From positions 15,172-79,171 of the forward strand of contig ONII01000006.1 of assembly GCA_900317845.1 (NCBI GenBank): 64,000 nucleotides of DNA. Reading direction: 5' to 3'. This document shows, one piece after another, positions 38,501 to 47,048 of this stretch. A model generated the notes under the pieces. The model was not told the DNA's origin. It did not search any database and saw only the letters and a list, made by a program, of their open reading frames with translations. The first letter of the stretch is position 1; every line of letters begins with the position of its first letter. Origin of the DNA: an uncultured Bacteroidales bacterium (GTDB lineage Bacteria > Bacteroidota > Bacteroidia > Bacteroidales > UBA932). A program made the position numbers and the translations under genes.

Positions 38501-38679
38501 CCATCTTCCTCACCTCCTGCACCACCGCTCTGGGCGTGCTGCCCATGATCCTCTCCGGAGACCTCCTGTGGCAGCCCATGGGCGTAATCATCTGCTTTGG
38601 CACCATCCTCTCCATCTTCCTCATCGTTCTGGTGATGCCCATCGGTTATTACCTGGTGTTCAAGGGGCAGGACGATTAG
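35587..38679 (+). CDS. RND efflux transporter permease (AcrB/AcrD/AcrF family)
   Basis: YPGATAQQVE, GMIVDD, VRNGIL, RVRPIFLTS; two TM bundles. Confidence 0.94.
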   Translation: MEVSRYKKGIAGWVRWTIQHKKVVYLLVAALCVLGIWGVSRINKDEFPTFEIKQGLVVGIYPGATAQQVEDQLAGPLEQTLLTFKEVIRSTLHTVSKDGICYIYADLDCPMSRKDDVWSKIRLRLQQEKLLLPAGVLAVAALDDFTSLSAIMLSIQSTDKGYGELEELADALSERFRRIDQLASVRVLGTRPDEIAVHVDMDRVSAYGIDPATLLLNYQTASVPIPGGSFDASYVSAPIHVNPAITSEQEIGDRVVFASPAGDVVRLKDIARIERRYQAATEEVSYNGMPCVVLSLESRQGNDITAFGRDVDRVLEEFHSELPHSVTITKITDQPKVVGDSVFNFMRDLVVAMLVVVLVMLLLFPLKSALIASSGLPVITAMTLCIMYFTGIDLNTVTLAALITCLGMIVDDSIITMDGYMDKLGRGMNRLDAACASARELFMPTFVATLAISLMFFPIKVILSGYMRDFVKFFPWIILCALMLSLVYAVSMVPSLETRFISEPHRGNENLVARIQSKLFRFIEGGYARAQEWCFRHPYMTLCGALTAVAMGVLMFLTLNFQMMPKANRDFFCVEVELEGGHSAERTREVTDSLESIFLADERVVSVTTYRGLSVPRFSATYAPKIPSPSSAQLIVKTISNKATVQLIQEYEGHEAMFPEALLRVKQMDYQLVEAPVHVIFKGENREALYPAADALRAQMARMDTQLKWVHADNDNLQPMVNIRLDADEASRLGVNRGLLSLQLAGSFNGRSIASVWENGRSLPVTLYAEGLEGDMPYTVIGDQMVASALPGVSIPLRQVASVEPDWQVAQLHRWGGESSVSVYADTKMGISQPQVMKEVEDYVNHLELPEGAHVQYSGLSSLNAVLGPEIAIAFFVACLILFVFLLFHFKKASIALLTMAMSTLCLFGAFLGMWLFNLDFGMTAALGLISLVGIVVRNGILMYEFAEDKRFKDGADVRTAAMEAGKRRVRPIFLTSCTTALGVLPMILSGDLLWQPMGVIICFGTILSIFLIVLVMPIGYYLVFKGQDD

Positions 38680-38718
38680 AAGCTATTAGTTTTGCATTTT
38701 CAGAATATACTTCTTATA

Positions 38719-38752
38719 TTGCGAAAAATTTCGCAACGAAAAATTTCGCAAT
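38719..38752 (+). repeat. 34-bp palindromic/tandem repeat, copy 1
   Basis: TTGCGAAAAATTTCGCAACGAAAAATTTCGCAAT immediately before the ATPase ATG; 31/34 identical to 39818-39851. Confidence 0.9.
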
Positions 38753-39814
38753 ATGGAGAATCCGTTTAAATTCGGCACCGTTGTAGAGGGAAAATACTTT
38801 ACGGACAGGGCGGACGAACGCGTCTTTTTAGCGCAGATTTTGGATAGCCCGAACCATGCGGTCTTAATCAGTCCACGGCGCTTTGGAAAGAGTTCTTTGG
38901 TAAAAGAAGTGCTGAACAGCCAAAACCGGGAGGTGATTTCCGTTAATTTACAGGCCGTGACCAGCGTGCACAAACTGGCAGAAGTTTTGTATCGGCAGTT
39001 CTTTTCCAGGCGCCCTCTCGATAAGGCAAAGCACTACCTGTCCAAATTGCGAATTGCGCCAACCTTATCATACAACCCGCTTACAGATAGTCCCGAGTTT
39101 TCATTGCTGTCATCGGCCGACAAAAAAGTGGTTCTGGAAGATGTCTTCGGCGTTTTAGAGAAAGCCGGAGAAAAGAAACGTCTGATAGTAGTACTGGATG
39201 AATTCCCGGAGATTCTTCAGATTGAGAAAGGCCTGGACAAAATGCTTCGTTCCATTATGCAGGAGCAGAAGAATATCAATTACATCCTGATGGGAAGCCA
39301 GGAAGATATGATGAAAAAAATCTTCCTCAGAAAGAAGTCTCCCTTTTATCACTTTGGCAGCATAATCCATCTGGACAGGATTCCGGCCCCCGAATTCAAA
39401 CAATATATCGAGCAGCGGCTTCCCAGGGAAGGGCAGAACAAGGGCCTTGCCGATGAAATTGTATCTTTTACCTCCTGTCATCCCTATTATACCCAACAAC
39501 TTGCTTTCCAGGTATGGTTTGAATTGCAGCAGGGAGAAGAAGTAACATCTGCCGTTTCAACGGCTGTCGAACACATTGTTCACGCACACGATTTTGACTA
39601 TTCCCGCCTTTGGGAATCCATGAACAGGACAAACCGGATAGTGCTATTGAAATTGGCCACAAGTGCCACTCCGCCGATGGAAAATCCGGAACTTCCCTCA
39701 AGCACCATTTACAGTGCCTTGAAACGGCTGGTCAGTGCCGGAATACTGATTAAGAACGGGAAGTACGTCTATGACGATCCCTTCTTTAAACTCTGGGTAA
39801 AAAGCATCATTTAG
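38753..39814 (+). CDS. AAA+ ATPase (archaeal-type ATP-binding protein) with C-terminal winged helix
   Basis: NPFKFG, FTDR, SPRRFGKSSL Walker A, VVLDEF Walker B, HPYYTQQL, YDDPFFKLW; AT-richer than flanks. Confidence 0.88.
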   Translation: MENPFKFGTVVEGKYFTDRADERVFLAQILDSPNHAVLISPRRFGKSSLVKEVLNSQNREVISVNLQAVTSVHKLAEVLYRQFFSRRPLDKAKHYLSKLRIAPTLSYNPLTDSPEFSLLSSADKKVVLEDVFGVLEKAGEKKRLIVVLDEFPEILQIEKGLDKMLRSIMQEQKNINYILMGSQEDMMKKIFLRKKSPFYHFGSIIHLDRIPAPEFKQYIEQRLPREGQNKGLADEIVSFTSCHPYYTQQLAFQVWFELQQGEEVTSAVSTAVEHIVHAHDFDYSRLWESMNRTNRIVLLKLATSATPPMENPELPSSTIYSALKRLVSAGILIKNGKYVYDDPFFKLWVKSII

Positions 39815-39817
39815 CCG

Positions 39818-39851
39818 TTGCGAAAAAAGTCGCAACGAAAAAATTCGCAAT
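39818..39851 (+). repeat. 34-bp palindromic/tandem repeat, copy 2
   Basis: TTGCGAAAAAAGTCGCAACGAAAAAATTCGCAAT, 5 bp before the uvrD ATG. Confidence 0.9.
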
Positions 39852-39856
39852 CGCGT

Positions 39857-41989
39857 ATGACAGACATCTTCCAAGGACTGAACAGCCGGCAGAAGGAAGC
39901 CGTAGAGGCCACTGAAGGGCGTATCCGCGTGGTGGCAGGGGCGGGCACGGGGAAAACCAAGGCCCTTACCCACCGCTATGCGTATCTGGTGAATGTCTTG
40001 GGAATCGACCCGGCCAACCTGCTGTGCCTTACCTTTACCAACAAGGCTGCGGCGGAGATGCGCAGCCGCATTGCCGCCATGGTGCACAGCGGAGACTACA
40101 ACGACTTTGTGTGCACCCTGCACGGCTTTTGCGTCAAATTCCTGCGCAAGGAGATATACCGGATTGGCTTTCCCAAATCCTTCACCGTCCTGGACGAGGA
40201 AGACAGCAAAGCCATTGCCAAGCAGGCCATGGACGAGCTTGGCCTCAAGCGCACGGAAAAGACGGTGAAGCAGTTCCTGGATGCGATTGGCGCGGAAAAA
40301 GCGCTCAACGGGTACATCCAAACCTATATGCTTCCCGGCAGCGTGGTGTCCGACGAGATGCGCCGCACCTCCCGGCTCGCGGCCTACGTGAGCCGCCAGA
40401 TGAAAAACTACGCGCTGGACTTTGACGACCTGATGAACGTCACCAAATACATCCTGGACCATTTCCCGGACGCCTGTGAGCACTGGCAGACGCAGCTCAA
40501 CTACATTATGGTGGACGAGGCCCAGGACTGCAACCTGGACGATTGGGACCTTATCGAGCGGCTGAGTGCCAAGCACCGGAACCTGTTCATCGTGGGCGAC
40601 CCGGACCAGGCCATCTACGAGTGGCGGGGCGCCCGGCCGGACCTTTTCGTGAACTTTGCCGCAGACAGAACCATCGTCCTGGACGAGAATTACCGCAGCA
40701 CGCCGCGCATCCTGGACGTGGCCAACAGCGTCATCGCCAATAACCAGAACCGCATTCCCAAGGACCTGTTCACCCGCAAGCCGGAGGGGCGCGCCGTGAT
40801 TCACTTCCACGGGAAGAGTGAGAAGGAGGAGACAGAATGGATTGTTTCGCAGATCAAGCACCTGTTGGAGAGCGGAGCTAAGGTGAACGACATTGCCATC
40901 CTGTACCGCAGCAGCTACCTTTCCCGCGCGCTGGAGCAGGCGCTGCTGAACGCCCACCTGGAATACACCATCTGGGGCGGCACGCGTTTTTTCGAGCGCC
41001 GGGAAATCAAGGACGCGCTCAGTTACCTCCGCCTGGTGAATAACCAGGACGACGACCTCTCCTTCGAGCGCATCATCAATGTGCCTTCCCGCAAGCTCGG
41101 CCGGAGGTTCCTGGACGGCATCAGGGCCCTGGCCGATGAACGCGGCATCTCGCTCTACAGCGCCCTGCAGCTGGACGGGGACGCCAAGGCGGCGGGCTTT
41201 GTGGACCTGATTGAAGACGCCAAGCAGTTTGCCCTGGAAAACCGCGTGAGCGACCTCCTGAACCGCCTGCTGGACCGCTCCGGATACAAAAAGATGGTAC
41301 GCGAAGACCAGGACGAAGACCGCCTGGAGAACCTGGACGAGCTCCTTTCCAGCATCCGCTTCTACGAGAGCGTCCGTACGCCGGAAGAAAGCACGCTGGC
41401 CGACTACCTGCAGGACATCGCCCTCTATACCAACGACGACCACCGCAAAGACACTCCTAGCCTCAAGCTCATGACCATCCACCAGGCCAAGGGGCTGGAA
41501 TTCCCCTATGTCTTTATCACCGGTCTATCGGAGGGCATTTTCCCCAATATGCGCAGCATCCGCGAAGGCAAGAAAAACGGCGAGGAAGAAGAGCGGCGGC
41601 TCATGTATGTGGCCATCACCCGGGCGGAGAAGGCGCTGTTCCTCACGGAATCCGAGGGGTTCAACATTTCCTCCAAAACGAACAAGTACCCGTCCCGTTT
41701 CCTGGCCGAGATCAAGCCGGACCTTGTGGTTACGGAAGGCGTTGTGCCTGAGGAACTTTGGAAGGGCACCCGCAACCTGACGCATGTGCTGGACCAGGAA
41801 GATTTCAGCGCCGAAAGAGCCGCCTATGCGTCCCCCTTCCATGTGGGAGACATCGTCCGGCACGCGGTCTTTGGCGAGGGCGTCATTGTCTCCGCCAACA
41901 AAGACTTCACCAGCTTTGACGTCCAGTTTGACTCCGGCGCCATCCGCACCCTCCGCGCAGGATTCATTCAGCTGGCGGATTTGCCTTAG
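39857..41989 (+). CDS. uvrD: UvrD/PcrA family SF1 DNA helicase
   Basis: AGAGTGKT, TFTNKAA, VDEAQD, VGDPDQAIYEWRGA, NYRST, TIHQAKGLEF, EERRLMYVAITRA. Confidence 0.93.
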   Translation: MTDIFQGLNSRQKEAVEATEGRIRVVAGAGTGKTKALTHRYAYLVNVLGIDPANLLCLTFTNKAAAEMRSRIAAMVHSGDYNDFVCTLHGFCVKFLRKEIYRIGFPKSFTVLDEEDSKAIAKQAMDELGLKRTEKTVKQFLDAIGAEKALNGYIQTYMLPGSVVSDEMRRTSRLAAYVSRQMKNYALDFDDLMNVTKYILDHFPDACEHWQTQLNYIMVDEAQDCNLDDWDLIERLSAKHRNLFIVGDPDQAIYEWRGARPDLFVNFAADRTIVLDENYRSTPRILDVANSVIANNQNRIPKDLFTRKPEGRAVIHFHGKSEKEETEWIVSQIKHLLESGAKVNDIAILYRSSYLSRALEQALLNAHLEYTIWGGTRFFERREIKDALSYLRLVNNQDDDLSFERIINVPSRKLGRRFLDGIRALADERGISLYSALQLDGDAKAAGFVDLIEDAKQFALENRVSDLLNRLLDRSGYKKMVREDQDEDRLENLDELLSSIRFYESVRTPEESTLADYLQDIALYTNDDHRKDTPSLKLMTIHQAKGLEFPYVFITGLSEGIFPNMRSIREGKKNGEEEERRLMYVAITRAEKALFLTESEGFNISSKTNKYPSRFLAEIKPDLVVTEGVVPEELWKGTRNLTHVLDQEDFSAERAAYASPFHVGDIVRHAVFGEGVIVSANKDFTSFDVQFDSGAIRTLRAGFIQLADLP

Positions 41990-42537
41990 CGAAGCGCAAT
42001 CCCTTCCTCCTGCATGGCCTGCAGCGCTTCCTTGTGCCCCTGGGCATCTACATAGGCAATGCAGTCCTGCAGGATACTTACGCGGAAGCCGTCTTTGAGA
42101 AGATCTTCCGCCGTATTTCGCACACAGAATTCCGTGGCGATGCCGCAGATGATAACCTTGTCAATCTCCAGCAGGTGCAGCACCTCGCTCAGGCTTTGCC
42201 CGGCGGGATTGCGGCCTTCGAAGGCGCTGTACTGCTCCTGGGCCGGATCCTCTCCTTTGAAGAAGCTCAGGTCTTCGTCGGCATAGGGCACCAATGCCTC
42301 GTGGATGTCCGCTCCATGGGTGCCCTGGACGCAGTGCGGGGGCCAGGGGCCGCCCTGCGCCGTGAACGAGCAGTGGTCTGCGGGATGATGATCCCGCACA
42401 AAGAGGATGGGGGAGGGGTGCTCCTTCCGGATAAACTGAAGGCTGTTCTCTACGGCTTTATCCGCTTCATGGCAGGCCATGGAACCGTCGATAAAGTCAT
42501 AGAGCATATCCACAACGATGAGTGCAGTGTCTTTCAT
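41986..42537 (-). CDS. pncA: Nicotinamidase/isochorismatase family
   Basis: VVDMLYDF, DHHP..H.SF, WPPHCVQGTHGA, KG, GIATEFCV; adjacent to pncB. Confidence 0.9.
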   Translation of the reverse strand: MKDTALIVVDMLYDFIDGSMACHEADKAVENSLQFIRKEHPSPILFVRDHHPADHCSFTAQGGPWPPHCVQGTHGADIHEALVPYADEDLSFFKGEDPAQEQYSAFEGRNPAGQSLSEVLHLLEIDKVIICGIATEFCVRNTAEDLLKDGFRVSILQDCIAYVDAQGHKEALQAMQEEGIALR

Positions 42538-42543
42538 GGTAAC

Positions 42544-44049
42544 TTATATCTCAAAGGAGTCTATTTCCTTCACCAGCTTTCCAATGATGGACATCTTGAG
42601 GTCGTACAGGGCATCGGAAATGTCCACTTTGTAATAGTGGGGGTTGATGAGTCGGCGCTCCGCCGGGGAGAAATGGTGCAGGTTGTCCCGGTAGAAGGCC
42701 TTTTTCATCTGGAGGTCATAGTACGGGGCAATCCGCTTGCCGGCCTTGATGGACTGGAGCTGCAGCGGACGGGCATCGTAAGAGCCTTCCTCGAAGGTTT
42801 TGGTCTTGAAGGAGTCAAACTCGTCCCGGATGGTCACTGTCTTCCCCTGCTGGATGGCCAGGTCCGTGGCGTCTCCGCGGAGGCAGGTGACATCGGCCTT
42901 AAAGACATAGCCGTCCACGGAATTGCCTTTTTCCTTGTCCTGGGCCGATATGCGCCAGGTGATTTGGAAGCCGGGGTTGATGAGCTTGATTTTGTCTTCC
43001 GAGCGCTTGAGCACCGGCTGGCCGTCTATCTGCACCAGCTTGTATACATTCCCAAAGCACGGGGCGGCCTTGGAAGTGGCGATGGCGTCGCCTACGCCGT
43101 AACTGTCTATCCGGGCGCCCTGGCGCTCCAGGTCCGTGATAAGATACTCGTCCAGGCCGTTGGTCGCAAAGATTTTACACTTGGTAAGGCCGTTGGCATC
43201 CAGGATGCGACGCACTTCCTGCGACAGGTACGCCAGGTCTCCGCTGTCCAGACGGACGCCGTAACCGGGGGCATAATTGTCGTCGATGCCGTTCTCCCTG
43301 AAGGAGCGAATGGCGTTTTTAATGCCGCAGCGGAGGGTGTCGTAGGTGTCGATCAGGAGGATGATAATCTCTCCGCGGTGCGTATGGATGTAGTCCGTAA
43401 ATGCCTGATGCTCACCTTCTACGGTGCTTCCATAGGAGGTGATGAAGCTGTGCGCCATGGTGCCGGTTGAAGGCACGTTGTTGAAGGCGCCGGTGAGGAT
43501 GTTGGATGAGCTGGCGCAGCCGGCAATCTGGGCCGCCTTGCCGCCATAAACCGCCGCCCAGGGACCATGTGCGCGGCGGGAACCGAACTCAGAGACCGGC
43601 TTGTCCGTGGAACGGCACACGCGGGAGGCCTTGGTGGCCACGGCCATCTGGTGGTTCAGGATGCACAGCATGGGCGTTTCCAGCACCTGGGCCTCTACCA
43701 GCGGCCCCACCACCGTGACGATGGGCTGGTTGGGGAATACAATCTCACCTTCCCGCATGGTGTATACATCGCCCGTGAACTTCATGGTGCTCAGATACTT
43801 GCGAAACTCCTTGTACTCTTCTCCGGGCAGGAATTTCTCGTAGAATTCCTCCGGCTCCGTGCCCAGTTTCAGGACCATTTCTATGACCTCTTCCGTTCCG
43901 CTCACCACGGCCCAGTTGTTATTTTCCGGGGCTTTGCGGTAAAACAGGTTGAACACGGCAATCTGGCCTTCTTTTCCACAGTCCAGATAGGACTTTCCCA
44001 TGGTGTACTGGTACTTGTCCGATACGTAAGCGTTGTTGATCTCGTTCAT
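42544..44049 (-). CDS. pncB: Nicotinate phosphoribosyltransferase
   Basis: DKYQYTM, FGSRRAHG, GTMAHS, LIDTYDT, GVRLDSGD, VYKLV; start taken at MNEINN. Confidence 0.93.
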   Translation of the reverse strand: MNEINNAYVSDKYQYTMGKSYLDCGKEGQIAVFNLFYRKAPENNNWAVVSGTEEVIEMVLKLGTEPEEFYEKFLPGEEYKEFRKYLSTMKFTGDVYTMREGEIVFPNQPIVTVVGPLVEAQVLETPMLCILNHQMAVATKASRVCRSTDKPVSEFGSRRAHGPWAAVYGGKAAQIAGCASSSNILTGAFNNVPSTGTMAHSFITSYGSTVEGEHQAFTDYIHTHRGEIIILLIDTYDTLRCGIKNAIRSFRENGIDDNYAPGYGVRLDSGDLAYLSQEVRRILDANGLTKCKIFATNGLDEYLITDLERQGARIDSYGVGDAIATSKAAPCFGNVYKLVQIDGQPVLKRSEDKIKLINPGFQITWRISAQDKEKGNSVDGYVFKADVTCLRGDATDLAIQQGKTVTIRDEFDSFKTKTFEEGSYDARPLQLQSIKAGKRIAPYYDLQMKKAFYRDNLHHFSPAERRLINPHYYKVDISDALYDLKMSIIGKLVKEIDSFEI

Positions 44050-44068
44050 GGTTGGTGATTTGTGGATA

Positions 44069-44112
44069 CAATTGCAGCTGAACAGGTTTCTGCGCCTATT
44101 CAGCTGCAATTG
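44069..44112 (-). other. Strong intercistronic hairpin
   Basis: 14-bp perfect inverted repeat CAATTGCAGCTGAA/TTCAGCTGCAATTG, extendable by U-G plus 3 bp on the minus strand. Confidence 0.75.
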
Positions 44113-44123
44113 CGGCAATAAAA

Positions 44124-45008
44124 CTACAGCGTGGACATTTTCTCCAGGCACAGCTCCACCAGTTTGCGGATGGCCGGTTTGTAGTCCGGGTTGGAGCTTT
44201 GCAGGTAGCGGTTGGCAATGATGCAGCAAACCGTGCTGGCGTGGTGGCCCAGGTGGGCGGCCAAGCCGGCCAGCGGGGAACTTTCCATCTCGAAGTTGGT
44301 GATGCGGTAGTCCTCACCGCCGGTGGAGAAGCGGAAGCTTTCTACGTCCTCCAGCATGTTGGGCATGGCCAGCGGCAGGCGGACAATGCGTCCCTGCGGA
44401 CCGTAAAATCCTGGAGCTGAGATGGTTACGCCCTTAAGCGTAACGTCTTTCATGAGGTCGATAATCTTGTTGGACGCCTTCACGAAATACGGGGAAGGGA
44501 GGTACGGGTTCCAGTTCATATGCTTTTTGAAGGCTTCCTCCACTTCCGGGATGGTGACTTTTTCGCGGTTGCCGTACCAGTTCATGACGCCGTCGAAGCC
44601 CACGCTGATGTGTGCCAGCACGTAGCTGCCCAGCGGAATGTCTGCGTGCAGGGCGCCGGAGGTGCCGATGCGCAGGATGTTGAGGGCGCGGTGCTCCGGC
44701 TTTACCTCGCGGGTTTTGAAGTCCACGTTGGCCAGGGCGTCCAGCTCTGTCATCACAATGTCAATGTTGTCCGGGCCAATCCCATGGGACAGGGCGGTGA
44801 TGCGCTTGCCATTGTATTTGCCGGTGACGGAGACGAATTCACGCGAGGCGTGGCGGAACTCGATGTCTGTCAGGTATTCGGCAATCATGTCCACGCGGGA
44901 AGGATCGCCCACCATAATTACGTTATCGGCCAGTTCCTCCGGTTTCAGGTGAATGTGGAACACGGAGCCGTCGCCGTTGATAATAAGTTCAGATTCAGGT
45001 ATTCTCAT
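44124..45008 (-). CDS. Nucleoside (uridine/purine) phosphorylase
   Basis: VGDPSRV, REF, HGIGPDNIDI, RIGTSG, GFYGPQGR, NFEMES. Confidence 0.92.
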   Translation of the reverse strand: MRIPESELIINGDGSVFHIHLKPEELADNVIMVGDPSRVDMIAEYLTDIEFRHASREFVSVTGKYNGKRITALSHGIGPDNIDIVMTELDALANVDFKTREVKPEHRALNILRIGTSGALHADIPLGSYVLAHISVGFDGVMNWYGNREKVTIPEVEEAFKKHMNWNPYLPSPYFVKASNKIIDLMKDVTLKGVTISAPGFYGPQGRIVRLPLAMPNMLEDVESFRFSTGGEDYRITNFEMESSPLAGLAAHLGHHASTVCCIIANRYLQSSNPDYKPAIRKLVELCLEKMSTL

Positions 45009-45080
45009 ATTCGATGTGGTTCTAGGAACACAAATATAAACTAAATTTCCTATATTTGCAAAAGACCTATCGTCAACATT

Positions 45081-47048
45081 ATGAAGAAAACCATCCTCCT
45101 TGCGGTCCTTCTGACCGTCTCCCTGTTTCCTTTAAAGGCCGATGAAGGCATGTGGCTTCCGGCCCTCATTTCCCAGCGCATCGCCGACATGCAGGCCAAG
45201 GGCCTCAAACTCAGCGCAGAAGACATTTACAGCGTGAACCAGGCCAGCCTCAAGGATGCCGTAGTGCTGTTTGGCAGCGGCTGCACCGGTGAGCTGGTGA
45301 GTGACCAGGGGCTCCTGTTCACCAACCACCACTGCGGCTACAGCTACATCCAGAAGCATTCCTCCGTGGAGCACGACTACCTCAAGGACGGTTTCTGGGC
45401 CCTGAACCGCGGAGAAGAACTGCCCAATCCCGGGCTCACCGTGCGCTTCCTGGAGCGGATGGAAGACGTTACGGCTCAAGTGCTTAAAGGCTACAAGCCC
45501 GGAAAGATGGACGAGCTTGACCGCATCAAAATCGTCAAGAAAAACAGCGAAAAACTCAAAGAGCAGGCCGTCAAGGACGGGAAGGGGCTCAAGGCCAGCG
45601 TGGAGGCGCTCTACTATGGCAACCAGTATTTCCTCTTCGTGTTCCGCGAGTATACGGATGTGCGGCTGGTGGGCGCTCCGCCCTCTTCCATTGGCAAGTT
45701 CGGCGGGGAAACGGACAACTGGATGTGGCCCCGTCACACCGGTGACTTTTCCATCTTCCGCATCTATGCCGGCAAAGACAATCTGCCGGCCGATTACAGC
45801 GAGGACAACATCCCGTACACGCCCAAAAAATCGCTCAAAATCTCCCGCGCCGGCGTAAAGGAAGGCGATTTCACCTTTGTCTATGGCTGCCCGGGCAGCA
45901 CGCAGGAGTATGTGCACTCGGAGGCGGTAAAGTACATCAGCGAGGTGTCGGATCCGGAGAAAATCGCCCTTCGCACCACCCGGCTGCAAATCATGAAAAA
46001 GTACATGGACAAGAGCCAGGCCGTCCGTATCCAGTATTCCAGCAAATATGCGGGCGTTGCCAATGCCTGGAAAAAGTGGCAGGGGGAGGCAAAAGGCCTC
46101 AAGAAGATGAAGACCGTGGCCACCAAGCAGGCCTACGAAGCCCGTTTCCGGGAATGGGCCCAAGGCACGGAATTCAAGGACGTGCTGGACAACCTGGCCT
46201 ATATCTATCAGGAGCGGAACGCCCTCTACCGGGCCTATGAATACTACAACGAGACCGTCCGCAGCATCGAGCGCCTGCGCATGGTCTCCGGCCGTCCCTT
46301 CGAGATGAAAGACTATTACCAGCCCATCGACGAGGAAACCTTCGTGGCCCTGATGGAAGCCTTCGACAAGAATCTGGACGATGCCTACAAGCCGGCGTAT
46401 TTCCTGCAAAAACGGGCCGAATACGACAGCATGGAGGCCTGGAAGGACGATGTCTTTGCCAGCGACGAGGACGCCCGCGCGCTGTCCGATGCCCTGGATG
46501 CGTTCTACAGGGGCGCCATCGTGAGCAAGGTGCGCTCGCTGAACGAATCCCTCCAGCTGGTGTACCGGGACTACATGCGGGCGCAGATGGCGTTTGAACC
46601 GGAGAAAGCCTTCTACCCGGACGCCAACCTGACCTTACGTGTGGCCTATGGCCATGTGGAAGGCTATCGGCCCGCCGATGCCATCTATTACCACCCGGTT
46701 TCCACGCTGCGGGGCATTATCGAGAAAGACAATCCGGACATCTTTGACTACAACATCCCCCAGACGCTGCGGGACATCTATGCCCAGGGCGGCCACGAGG
46801 ACCAGCCCGTGTGCTTCCTGGCCACCAACCACACCACCGGCGGCAACTCCGGCAGTCCGGTCCTCAATGCAGAGGGCAACCTCATTGGCATCAACTTCGA
46901 CCGTGTGTGGGAAGGCACCCTGAGCGACCTCGCCTTCGACCCGGACGTGTGCCGCAACATCTCCCTGGACGTGCGCTATATCCTATTCATAATAAAGGAG
47001 ATAGGCCATGCGGACTATCTCCTGGATGAAATGGCGTTTGTCGATTAG
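45081..47048 (+). CDS. S46 dipeptidyl peptidase, likely DPP11-type (Asp/Glu-specific)
   Basis: DEGMWLP, TNHHC, NWMWPRHTGDF, TGGNSGSPV; GINFDR has Arg at the position that distinguishes DPP11 from DPP7. Confidence 0.9.
   Translation: MKKTILLAVLLTVSLFPLKADEGMWLPALISQRIADMQAKGLKLSAEDIYSVNQASLKDAVVLFGSGCTGELVSDQGLLFTNHHCGYSYIQKHSSVEHDYLKDGFWALNRGEELPNPGLTVRFLERMEDVTAQVLKGYKPGKMDELDRIKIVKKNSEKLKEQAVKDGKGLKASVEALYYGNQYFLFVFREYTDVRLVGAPPSSIGKFGGETDNWMWPRHTGDFSIFRIYAGKDNLPADYSEDNIPYTPKKSLKISRAGVKEGDFTFVYGCPGSTQEYVHSEAVKYISEVSDPEKIALRTTRLQIMKKYMDKSQAVRIQYSSKYAGVANAWKKWQGEAKGLKKMKTVATKQAYEARFREWAQGTEFKDVLDNLAYIYQERNALYRAYEYYNETVRSIERLRMVSGRPFEMKDYYQPIDEETFVALMEAFDKNLDDAYKPAYFLQKRAEYDSMEAWKDDVFASDEDARALSDALDAFYRGAIVSKVRSLNESLQLVYRDYMRAQMAFEPEKAFYPDANLTLRVAYGHVEGYRPADAIYYHPVSTLRGIIEKDNPDIFDYNIPQTLRDIYAQGGHEDQPVCFLATNHTTGGNSGSPVLNAEGNLIGINFDRVWEGTLSDLAFDPDVCRNISLDVRYILFIIKEIGHADYLLDEMAFVD

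Noticed and set aside
34579-38679. RND system lacking TolC as a novel architecture
   Set aside because: Outer membrane channels are often encoded elsewhere, so absence from the locus is not informative
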